Source: Chiloscyllium plagiosum
Taxonomy: Eukaryota
Length of the DNA stretch: 20,000 bases
Assembly (NCBI RefSeq): GCF_004010195.1
Contig: NC_057728.1
Coordinates: forward strand, 53,639,877 to 53,659,876
Direction of reading: 5' to 3'
Below are positions 9,886 through 20,000 of the stretch, in pieces. Below the pieces are notes generated by a model, which had not been told where the DNA came from, ran no database searches, and saw only the letters and a list, made by a program, of their open reading frames with translations. Both the position numbers and the translations under genes were made by a program. Numbering within the stretch: the first letter of the stretch is position 1; every line of letters begins with the position of its first letter.

Positions 9886-10438
9886 CATTAGATTCTTAAG
9901 AGTTTCCATCAGTGGAATTTATGTCAAATCCTGCAATCAAATGCAAGGACCATCAGACCCTGTTCTCCATTAAGCTGTTACTACCAGTATCAAATCCCTG
10001 TTCCTGAAAAACAAGGTGCAAGTGATAGGTTATTGCATTTGGATCCCTGAAAACTGCATTGGCAGCTTGGCAGCTCTCCACTGGCTAATGCTCAAGGATG
10101 GCCAAAAGAAAAAGGTACAAGGATATGTTAATCATTATCCTAAAGCTCTGAAGCATTGACACCACTAGCTGGAATGAGAAAGCTACCAACTACTCAGCAT
10201 GGCAGCTCCCAATCCATCGAGATGTAAGACACTTTGAAGCTAAGTGACTGAATTGTGAGGTGTAAAGACAGTGGTAAAGGAAGGAGAAGAAAGAAACCAG
10301 TGCGGCAAATTCCATCTCACCAAGAAGCAACAGAAAAAACTGCAGAAAAAATTTTAGATCCAAAATTGACCTCCTCAGTGATCTGAATATTCATTTAGCC
10401 TGATAGAAGTCATTCTCAATTCTGAGGAAGCACTACTG
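9886..10438 (+). mobile_element. RTE-clade LINE, segment 4 (3' end)
   Basis: Decayed RTE C-terminal motifs (SFHQWNLCQIL, RKRYKDML, IDTTSW, CRKIFRSKIDLLS). Terminal AAGTCATTCTCAATTCTGAGGAAGCACTA resembles the end of the second RTE (GAGTCATCCTCATTTGCAAGGGACTGCTA, about 19230-19258). Confidence 0.65.
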
Positions 10439-10444
10439 GTGCAG

Positions 10445-11260
10445 ATCTTTCATTAACTAACCAGTCAATTTTACATTTTCAAGAGAGAATTTCTGGTATA
10501 GTCTAAGTGAGATTTTTTTTTCCTGTAGCCCAGTTTCAAGCTTTAGCTTCAGTTTCAGATTTATTTCAGTTGTTTGCTTCTTCGTACACTCTTCCTGACC
10601 CAAATGGTGGCGTCAAGTTCTGTTTCTGGATTTGTATTACTGCTATGTGTATTGTGTCCTCAAACTCATTAACATTCTCCAAGATTCTTTGGTATTTTAG
10701 CTTTCTCAATTGCTATCCAGCTCTATCTTTACATTTTTTTGGTTTGTTCTGTATATCTTTTCCCAATCTGTGGGCTTTTTATAAGCTCTGTAGTTTGACT
10801 TGTATACAAGACACTTCCTTACATTTATGAGCTCTTGAGATCATCCACATCTCCCGCTTTTGTGCCTGGCATGCATTCCTTTGTTATTGCATCATCACTG
10901 TTTTCTGTCTTTCCCTTGACTTAGTTGAAGGCTAGCCATTTGGGAAGACACCATATTCATCTGTCTAATCAAGCTTTCATGTGCTTTGACTGCCTCAACA
11001 GCCCGCAAGATTGCAAGCTTGTCTTTTCCAATCAAAGCTTTTTCTACAACAGGATGTGCGCAGCATCAATGAGCTGATCTACCAAGTTTTATCTTTTTCA
11101 TTAAGTTTGTATTTGCTGTGACATTTCTCAAACTCTTTGAAATTGTAAACAGACGAATCTAGTTTCTGGTTCAAGCTCTGAAATTCATATTCACTTTGGT
11201 TGATCTGTGTTGAATTTCACAAAATCTTTGACCTGACGTTTACTGCCATCCTTATACTTA
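10445..11260 (-). mobile_element. Highly decayed Ty3/Gypsy LTR-retrotransposon gag-protease fragment
   Basis: Manual minus-strand translation gives YEFQSLNQKLDSSVYNF, VDQLI, HPVVEKALIGKDKLAILRAVEAVKAHE, a decayed knuckle region GRCG*...KCLVYKSNYRAYKKPTDWEKIYR, then INLKLKLKLETGLQEKKISLRLYQK (DTG changed to ETG at 10529-10537). Confidence 0.65.
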
Positions 11261-11949
11261 TCTCACTGTTACCAGAAATGAAAGTAGCCAAAGGCAAAAA
11301 GATCTGGAAATTAAGGGCTGAAGACAAAAATGATCTGACTTTTTTTTATTCAAAGGCTCTCATACACATTATAGTGCAAAGTGGCAAATTCACTATATTG
11401 AAGGATTTGAAAAATTACATTTTAATGAACTGCACTGAAATGCAAATCCTTTTAGGGTCACTTCAAATAGGTGGAATTATTAGATGTCAAGTAGATAGGA
11501 ACATTTGTTTTCCCTTTGATTATCTTCTTCTGGGGGTTAAGGAACAGTGCGTAGCACACAGAAATGCAAGGTCAACACTAAAGCATCCAATGTCTGGTTC
11601 AACAGCAATACCAACTGTGGCAAATTCAATCTTGTCATGTATTAAAGTAAAAATGGCAGAATAGCATTAGGGACCCAATATTTATAATGAAATGCAGCAT
11701 CATTGAATATCTTGGTTTAATTATTCTGAACGTTATAATTTCCCTAGAAACGTTTATATTTATAGAGAATGACAGAATATGATGTAGAAGACATGACAGA
11801 ATCCTCAACTGACCCAAATAGCTGCTGAAAATTGGAATCAAGACACCCAAAAGACTGTCAGAATTGAAGGCTTTTATTACTCTCCAAGATGTGATGGCAC
11901 ATATGTGTAGTAAGTTGAAATTTACACCCCTCTGAGTTCAGAATAGATT

Positions 11950-12780
11950 TTATTGAACAAAGTATATACAGTGGGTGGGAAGAGAGGGTATCTTAATTGG
12001 GACCCTCTCCAGGTCCAGGTCCATATGATCTGGCATATGACATATGTCCTTTCATAGAAGATATACTTATAGGAAAGTTCCAGTTCGGTTTTCTCCTCAA
12101 TATGCCTTGCAGAATGGTCACGAGGCAGCTTTGACACTTAGAGTTTATGCTTTGAACTGCACCATGTCAGCAAACTGCAGTCTTGGGTGAAGGATATCCG
12201 CATAGGCACAGGCAGAATAGCAGTTGTGGGAGCATGGATGCTGTCATCCTGATCGAGGTTCTTTCATTTTGGAGCCACTCACTTAGGATGACATCTTCAG
12301 CAATTTGCTTGAGAACAGATTGTTGGACTTTTATAAAAGCTTGCATGTCTCTTTCAACATTATACCCACAGATGTGCAGGCAATAATTTGAGTAGGCATG
12401 ACATCAAGCTGTGATGGATTGGAGACAAACAATCAGATTGTTTATGATCCAATCTGAGCCACCACTGCAGAATTTAGATGCTGAGTGAAGCAAGTTGCAA
12501 CATCAGTCAGTCGATGCTAAATAACTGAAGGCTTCTAAGTACTCTTGTGGAATTGTGCACCATTTCCACACTGGAAAGATCACTTGCAATTTCATTGAGG
12601 AATTCTGTCAAACCTGGAGCTGGACACAGAGAGCTGGTTCTGTGGGAAGCTTGCTGATGCAATGAGCATCTCTGTGAATATACTGACCACTTATATTTTG
12701 TACGCATTCAAGTCTTCTGCAATAGAACTATCTGTAGCCTCACTCTCCTGGGAATGGGCACGTGCTAACTTTTCTAAATA
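11950..12780 (-). mobile_element. Possible decayed coding remnant of an old repeat (tentatively a PIF/Harbinger accessory ORF)
   Basis: Minus-strand peptide scraps (AEDLNAYK, FTEMLIASASFP, LSSVEMVHNS, VERDMQAFIKVQQSVLKQIA) look helical/coiled-coil and recall a shark repeat. Minus-strand AATAAA near 11950. Assignment from memory only. Confidence 0.3.
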
Positions 12781-12927
12781 AGTTCACAATAAAAAGTTTG
12801 AGAAACTATGGGATCATAGAATGGTATAGCTCAGGCGACCATTAACCTCAATGAGTCTGGAACAACTGCTTCAAAGAGTCACCCTTTAAAATCTATTCCC
12901 CACCATTTTGCATAACGTTCAAGTATT

Positions 12928-13460
12928 TAGAACATAGAACATAGAAAAGTACAGCACAGAACAGGCCCTTTGGCCCATGATGTTGTGCCGAGGTTTGTCC
13001 TAATGTAAAACATAGTAACTTAACCTAAGCACCCCGCAACTCACTGCTATCCATGAGCATGACCAGCAGTCGCTTAAATGTCCCCAATGAATCTGCTTCC
13101 ACCACCACAGCTGGCAACGCATTCCGTGCATTCACAACTCTCTGCATAAAGAACCTACCTCTGACGTCTCCTTTATACCTTCCTCCTAATATCTTCAAAC
13201 TATGACTCCTTGTACCAGTCAATCCTGTCCTGGGGAAAAGTCTCTGGCTATTGACTCTATCTATGCCACTCATTATTTTGTACACCTTGATCAGGTCTCC
13301 TCTCTTCCTCCTTCTCTCCCGAAGGAAAAATCCAAGCTTATTCAACCTTTCTTCATAAGGCAAGCCCTCCAGTCCAGGCAGCATCCTGGTAAACCTTCTT
13401 TGCACCCTCTCCAAAGCCTCTGTATCTTTCCTATAGTAGGGCAATCAGAACTGGATACAG
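12928..13460 (-). mobile_element. CR1-clade LINE 3' end (probably the tail of the element at 13994-17010)
   Basis: ORF 13025-13444: PYYRKDTEALERVQRRFTRMLPGLEGLPYEERL...; (TTCTATG)n tail on the minus strand at about 12928-12945. Confidence 0.92.
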
Positions 13461-13740
13461 CTCAATGTCATGTTTGTTTTAAAATGGTCCCATTAAATGC
13501 CTAAGGATGTTATGTTAAAGGAGCTTTATAAATTATTATTATTGTTAGTATTTCATGATTTTGCTGCTCCTATAAAAGCATTTCTCACAGTTTGTCCAGC
13601 TATTGTAGCATTGTGTTACATCTGATCTAAAAGCCAATGCAAAAAGTTGGCAAGATCAAAATTTGGTATTTGTAGGTTGGTAGGAAAGGAAGGTTATATA
13701 ATAAGTCTGCTAGTTCAGTCAGATAGTTTGTAATTCATTA

Positions 13741-13993
13741 ATAAGGGGACATAAATTTAAGGTGAAGGGTGGAAGGTATAGGGGAGATGTCAGGGGTGGG
13801 TTCTTTACCCAGAGAGTGGTGGGGGCATGGAATGCGCTGCCCGTGGGAGTGGTGGAGTCGGAATCATTGGCGACCTTTAAGCGGCATTTGGATAGGTACA
13901 TGGATGGGTACTTAATCTAGGTTAGAAGTTCGGCACAACATCGTGGGCCGAAGGGCCTGTTCTGTGCTGTATTGTTCTATGTTCTATGTTCTA
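13741..13993 (+). mobile_element. CR1-clade LINE, short 5'-truncated 3' fragment
   Basis: RGHKFKVKGGRYRGDVRGGFFTQRVVGAWNALP; GGGCCGAAGGGCC hairpin and (TTCTATG)n tail. Confidence 0.92.
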
Positions 13994-15037
13994 ACTTTGA
14001 TGGATCTATGTACTTGCACACCCAGATCCCTCTGTTCCTCCACACTGCCAAGAATCCTGTCTTTAATCCTATATTCAGCATTCGAGTTCGACCTTCCAAA
14101 ATGCACCACTTCACATTTATCCAGGTTGAACTCCATTGCCATTTCTCAGCCCAGCTCTGCATCGTGTCTATGTCGCGCTGCAACCTGCAGTAGTCCTCTA
14201 TACTATTGACGACACCTCCAGCCTTTGTGTCATCTGCAAATTTACTAACCCACTCCGCAACCTCCTCATCCAAGTCATTTATAAAAACTACAAAGAGCAG
14301 AAGCCCAAGAACAGAGCCCTGCAGGACACCGCTCAACACTGATCTCTAGGCAGAATACTTTCCATCTACAACCACTCTCTTCCTTCTGTCAGCCAGCCAA
14401 TTCTGAATCCAAATAGCCAAATCTCCCTGTATCCCATACTTTCTGACTTTATGAATGAGCCTACCATGGGGAACCCTATCAAATGCCTTGCTGAAGTCCA
14501 TATACACCACAAGTAGTGCTCAACCGTCGTCGACCTGTCTTGACACCTCCTCAAAGAATTCAATAAGATTTGTGAGGCATGACCTGCCCCTTACAAAGCC
14601 ATGCTGACTGCCTTTAATTACACTATGCTTTGCCAAATAGTCATAAATCCTATCCCTCAGAATTCTTTCCAAAACTTTGCTGCCCACAGACGTAAGACTG
14701 ACTGGTCTATAATTGCCAGGGATTTCCCTATTACCCTTCTTGAAAAGAGGAACAACATTCACCTCCTTTCAATCCTCCGGTATGACTCCCGTGGAGAGTG
14801 AGGAGGCAAATACCTCGCCAGCGGCTTAGCAATCTCCTTTCTCACTTCCTGGAGCAGCCTAGGATAAATCTGGTCTGGCCCTGGAGACTTATCAATCTTA
14901 ATGTTTTCCAAAATTTCTAGCACATCAACTTCATGAATCTTGATCTGGTCAAGACTGTATCCCAGCTCCTCTAAGTTTTCATTTCCAATAATTTCCCTTT
15001 CCTTGGTGAAAACCGAAGCAAAAAACTCATTTAGGGC

Positions 15038-15126
15038 TAAGTCCTGCTAAGATTTGCTTTCCCAAAATGCAGCACCACACATTTATCTGAATTAAATTCC
15101 ATCTGCAACTTCTCAGCCCATTGGCC
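15038..15126 (-). repeat. 89-bp out-of-place CR1 RT fragment, inverted copy of 17321-17409
   Basis: Manual alignment to the reverse complement of 17321-17409 shows 3 mismatches in 89 bp. Confidence 0.88.
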
Positions 15127-15332
15127 TATCTGCTCAGATTCCATGCACAAGTTCCCTACGCTATCCCTGATCGGCCCTACCTTCTCCCTGATCATTCTCT
15201 TATTCCTCACGCACGAGTAAAATGCATTTGGGTTCTCCCTAATCCTTTTTGCCAAGCCTTTTTTGTGCCCCCTCCTGGCTCTCCTCAATCCAATTCTGAG
15301 CTCCTTTCTAGCTAGCCTGTAATCCTCTAAAG

Positions 15333-15974
15333 ACGGGGTACTGGGCTAATGGTTGGATACTTGGTAGTGTGGATGAGCAGAGGGACCTTGGTGTCCAGGT
15401 ACACAGATCTCTAAAAGTTGCCACCCAGGTAAATAGTGCGGTGAAGAAGGCATAGGGCGTACTGGCTTTTATTGGTAGAGGAATTATCCTTTAGCATGTT
15501 TAATCATCGGAACACATAAAATATGAACTACTTTTTACCAGGATGTTGCCTGGTATGGTAGGAAGTTCGTATGAGGAAAGGCTGAGGCACTTGGGGTTGT
15601 TTTCATTGGAGAAAAGAAGGTTTAGGGGTGACTTGATATAGGTGTACAAGATGATTAGGGGTTTAGATAGGGTTGACCATGAGAACCTTTTTCCACGTAT
15701 GGAGTCAGCTATTACGAGGGGGCATAGCTTTAAATTAAGGGGTGGTAGGTATAGGACAGATGTTAGGGTAGATTCTTTACTCAGCGAGTCGTGAGTTCAT
15801 GGAATGCCCTGCCAGTAGCAGTGGTGGACTCTCCCTTTTTATGGGCATTTATACGGGCATTGGATAGGCATATGGAGGATAGTGGGCTAGTGTAGGTTAG
15901 GTGGGCTTGGATCGGCGCAACATCGAGGGCCAAAGAGCCTGTACTGCGCTGTATTTTTCTAGTTCTATGTTCTA
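15333..15974 (+). mobile_element. CR1-clade LINE, 5'-truncated, nested antisense in the long CR1
   Basis: EQRDLGVQVHRSLKVATQV, FTRMLPGM...YEERLRHLGLFSLEKRRFRGDL, TRGHSFKLRGG; TTCTATGTTCTA tail. Host sequence resumes after 15974. Confidence 0.92.
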
Positions 15975-17010
15975 GATATGCTCGATCCTTGCTTCCTCCA
16001 TCTTACATAAGCTACCTTCTTCCTTTTGACGAGACGTTCTTCCATTCTCGTCATCCAAGGTTCCTTAATCTTACCCCTTCTTACCTGTCTCAGAGGAACA
16101 AATTTGTGCATCACTCGCAACAACTGCTCCTTGTATAGTCTCCACATGTCTGCTGTGCCCTCTCTGTGGAACAATTGCTCCCAGTCTGTACTTCCCAACT
16201 CCTGTCTGATAGCATTATAATTTCCTTTTCCCCAATTAAATATCTTTCCTCAGTAACTGCTCCTTTCATCTCCAAGGCTATGCTAAATGTGAGGCAGTTG
16301 TGATAACTTTCACCAAAGTGCTCTCCCACTGGGAGATCTGACACCTGTCCTGGCTCGTTGCAGAGCACCAAATCCAAAATGGCCTCTCCCCTCGTCGGTC
16401 TGTCTACATACTGAGTAAGGAATCCCTCCTTTGCAAAAACACCTGACAAAAACGGCTCCATCTAAACCATCTGCACTTAGGAGGTTCCAGTCGATATTGG
16501 GCAAGTTGAAATCACCCATAACAACAACTCTGCTACTTTTGCATTTTTCCAGAATCTGCTCGCCTATGAGATCTTCAATCTCTCTACTGCTATGAGGTGG
16601 TCTGTAGAAGCCCCCCAATGCGGTGGCTGTTCCTTTGCTGTTCCTAACTTCCACCCATACTGACTCAGTAGACAAACCTTCCTCAATAACCTTCGTTTCT
16701 GTAGCTGTGATGCACTCTCTGATTAGCAATGCTACACCCCCTCCTCTTTTTCTACCCTCCCTATTCTTTCTAAACGTTCTAAACCCTGGAACATCAAGCA
16801 ACCATTCCTGCCCCTGTGAAACCCATGTCTCTGTTATGGCCACAGCATCGTAGCCCCAAGTAATGATCCATGCTCTCCCACTTAAAAACTTCCCAGAATT
16901 CCTTCACACCTTTCGGCAAATGGAGGCCCCAACACCTGAGGTAAGTCTTTTAAACGGTTAGACTCACCTTCCCAGGAGTCCTTTGCTTCTCCCTCGCACC
17001 TCTCGGCAAA

Positions 17011-18151
17011 TTCGACAAGGTTCCGCATGGGAGATTGATTAGCAAGGTTAGATCTCATGGAATACAGGGAGAACACCATTTGGATATAAAACTGGCTCAA
17101 AGGTAGAAGATAGAGGGTGGTGGTGGAGGGTTGTTTTTCAGACTGGAGGCCTGTGACCAGTGGAATTTCACTGGGTCCACTACTTTTCATCATTTATATA
17201 AATGATTTGGAACTGAGCATAAGAGGTATAGTTAGTAAGTTTGCTGATGACACCAAAATTGGAGGTGTAGTGGATAGTGAAGAAGGTTACCTCAGATTAC
17301 AATGGTATCTTGATCAGATGGGCCAATGGGCTGAGAAGTGACAGATGGAATTTAAATCAGATAAATGTGTGGTGCTGCATTTTGGGAAAGCAAATCTTAG
17401 CAGGACTTATACACTTAATGGTAAGGTCCTAGGGAGTGTTGCTGAACAAAGAGACCTTGGACTGCAGGTTCATAGCTCCTTGAAAGTGGAGTCGCAGGTA
17501 GATAGGATAGTGAAGAAGGCTTTTGGTATGCTTTCCTTTATTGGTCAGAGTATTGAGTACAGGAGTTGGGAGGTCATGTTGCAGCTGTACAGGTTAGACC
17601 ACTGTTGGAATATTGCATGCAATTCTGGTCTCCTTCCTATTGGAAAGATGTTGTGAAACTTGAAAGGGTTCAGAAAAGATTTACAAGGATGTTGCCAGGG
17701 TTGGAGGATTTGAGCGAAAGGGAAAGGTTGAAAAGGCTGGGGCTGTTTTCCCTGGAGTGTCGGAGGCTGAGGGATGACCTTATAGAGGTTTATAAAATCG
17801 TGAGAGGCATGGATCGGATGAATAGACAAAGTCTTTTCCCTGGGGTGGGGGAGTCCAGAACTAGAGGGCATAGGTTTAGGGTGAGAGGGGAAAGATATAA
17901 AAGAGACCTAAGGGGCAACTTTTTCATGCAGAGGGCGGTGTATGGGATGAGCTGCCAGAGGATGTGGTGGAGGCGGCTACAATTGCAACATTTAAGAGGC
18001 ATTTGGATGGGTATATGAATAGGAAAGGTTTGGAGGGATATGGGCCAGGTGCTGGCAGGTGGGACTAGAGTGGGTTGGGATATCTGGTTGGCATTGATGA
18101 GTTGGACTGAAAGGTCTGTTTTTGTGCTGTACATCTCTATGACTCTATGAC
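17011..18151 (+). mobile_element. CR1-clade (HER1-like) LINE, 5'-truncated, about 1.1 kb
   Basis: FDKVPHGRL, SDWRPVTSG, KFADDTKIGGVV, LERVQKRFTRMLPGL; CTCTATGACTCTATGAC tail. Confidence 0.93.
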
Positions 18152-18159
18152 ACCTGTCC

Positions 18160-19275
18160 AAACAGGAAATGGGTTGGTGATGGACCTATTTGTCATTACC
18201 ATGACTTCCATATCATCTTGGAGCAGGCAAAGGATGCTCCATAATGCCTCCCAATTGATGACGCCAAAGGATGTTGGAGTGGGAAATGATTCCACCTCCG
18301 CTGCAGTTCAAGCCAAAGCCAACGTCACCCTAATCAATGTCATCGAGCTGCAGTACACAGCTGATGCTCTTGTATGTGCAATCACAGAGGATGTATTCCA
18401 GATCATCATCAGTACCTTAATAGAGGCATATGAGAGCATGAGTCTCACCCTGAACATCTGCAAGACTAAGGTCCTCTTCCATTGGCCTGGCAATGTGCAT
18501 CAAATTCCCAATTACCAAGGTCCAAGGGGAAGCCTTAGAGAACGTTGACCACTTCCAATATCTTGTCCTGTCAGCCAAAATCAACAATTGATGAAGAGAT
18601 CCAACACCACCTGCAATGTGTTAGCACAGTCTTCAGCTGCCTGAGGAAAAGGGTGTTTGAGGACAGCAACATTAGATCCAACAACAAGTTTATAGTAAAT
18701 GGAAACGGGTGATTCCCGCCCTCCTTTTTGGGTCTGAAACATTGCCTGCGCAAGATCTTGTGAATCTGCTGGGATGAAAGACACACCAACACCAGATTCT
18801 TTGAACAGGCCAACATCCCCAGCATCGAGGTAATGACCACACTTAATCGGCTGCAATTTGCACGGCACATCGTCCACATGAACAACACAAGACTCCCCAA
18901 GCAGGTGCTCTACTCCTAGATCCAAACAGCAGACGAGCCCCAGGAGGACAGAGGAAGTGCTTCAGTGATACCTTCAAGGCCTCATTGGTGAAATGTGGCA
19001 TTTCCACAGACACCTGGGAATCATTGATCTAAGATTGCCCAAATTGGAGGAGCAGCATCTAGGAAGGTATCAAACACCTTGAGACTTGCCGCTGGGAGAA
19101 AGCAGAAGTCTGGTGAAAACAGCAAAAGAAGCACACTGCCACATCAACGCATGACCCACTCCTTCCCATGATCACCTTTTGCCCCAGAGGCCACATCAGC
19201 CACCTACGGACTCACCCTGAGAGTGAAGAGAGTCATCCTCATTTGCAAGGGACTGCTAATAAATGAATGAATGAC
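18160..19275 (+). mobile_element. Second decayed RTE-clade LINE (RT to 3' end)
   Basis: ELQYTADALVCA, AYESMSLTLNICKTKVL, ENVDHFQYL, IDEEIQHHLQC, RLPKQVLYS, QRKCFSDTFKASL; ATGAATGAATGA tail. The 5' boundary is uncertain. Confidence 0.8.
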
Positions 19276-19390
19276 TAATTCAATGATGGTGCTACCATTG
19301 TTCGCATTCTCTTCTCAAAGTAAACTTGTTCAGGTGTTCAAATGAATCAAATTCAGTCCTAAATGAACCAGTAAATAATTAGTTCATTTC

Positions 19391-20000
19391 ATAGAGTCAT
19401 AGAGATTGTACAGCATGGAAACAGACCCTTTGGTCCAACCTGTCCATGCCGACCAGATATCCCAACCCAATCTAGTCCCACCTACCAGCACCCGGCTCAT
19501 ATCCCTCCAAACCCTTCCTATTCATATACCCATTCAAATGCCTCTTAAATGTTGCAATTGTAGCAGCCTCCACCACATCCTCTGGCAGCTCATTCCATAC
19601 ATGTACCACCCTCTGCGTGAAAAGGTTGCCCCTCTTTCCCCTCTCACCCAAAACCTATGCCCTCACTGACCCCAGGGAAAAGACTTTGTCTATTTATCCT
19701 ATCCATGCCCCTCATAATTTTGTAAACCTCTATAAGGTCACCCCTCAGCCGTTGACACTCCAGGGAAAACAGCCACAGCCTGTTCAGCCTCTTCCTGTAG
19801 CTCAAATTCTCCTACCCTGGCAACATCCTTGTAAATCTTTTCTGAACCCTTTCAAGTTTCACAACATCTTTCCAATAGGAAGGAGATCAGAATTGCACGC
19901 AATATTCCAACAATGTCCTGTACAGCCGCAACTACAGCCGCAACATGACCTCCCAACTCCTGTACTCAATACTCTGACCAATAAAGGAAAGCATACCAAA
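19391..20000 (-). mobile_element. CR1-clade (HER1-like) LINE 3' portion, running off the window end
   Basis: Inverted near-copy of about 17520-18151, with the CTCTATGACTCTAT tail at about 19391-19405. Confidence 0.93.

Larger units (their letters stand above)
13994..17010 (-). mobile_element. Long CR1-clade LINE (putative 5' UTR + APE + RT), disrupted, hosting nested inserts
   Basis: APE motifs AITETW, FYRPP, VVMGDFNLPNIDW, QYVDRPTRGEAILDLV (about 16100-16876); RT motifs GNYRPVSLTSV, QHGFVRGRSCLTNL, SGVLQGSVLG, KFADDTK (about 13994-14800). Interrupted at 15038-15126 and 15333-15974. Confidence 0.92.

Noticed and set aside
10507..11664. Hydrophobic plus-strand ORFs 10507-10830 and 11200-11664 that look like membrane proteins
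   Set aside because: Explained by T-rich or AT-rich composition; the first is the antisense of the decayed A-rich gag-pro. No family motifs.
1..20000. Prokaryotic systems (CRISPR array, retron, DGR, group II intron) suggested by multiple RT fragments
   Set aside because: All RT motifs belong to eukaryotic non-LTR clades with APE domains, tails and TSDs; there is no repeat-spacer array or operon structure.

Overview
Eukaryotic, repeat-dominated DNA with no intact host gene. The repeat families (HE1-type tRNA/V-SINE, HER1/CR1-type LINEs, RTE, L1/Tx1) point to a cartilaginous fish, probably a shark (inference). The centrepiece is a 5.2-kb, apparently full-length but mutated L1/Tx1-type non-LTR retrotransposon (3634-8815, +). 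It has a ZCCHC3-like triple zinc-knuckle ORF1, an APE-RT-zf ORF2, a poly(A) end and a 7-bp TSD, and sits inside an older RTE LINE that is also split by a SINE and a CR1. The right half is a cluster of nested and rearranged CR1 copies plus a second RTE. Signals missed by the ORF track include: a 99-bp insert with an 11-bp TSD carrying a decayed minimal hammerhead-ribozyme motif (2585-2683); a 208-bp retro-insert with a 13-bp TSD (778-985); a fossil Gypsy gag-protease on the minus strand (about 10445-11260); and an 89-bp inverted insertion probably templated from a neighbouring CR1 copy (15038-15126). Family names come from motif recognition and recall, not database searches; many boundaries are approximate.
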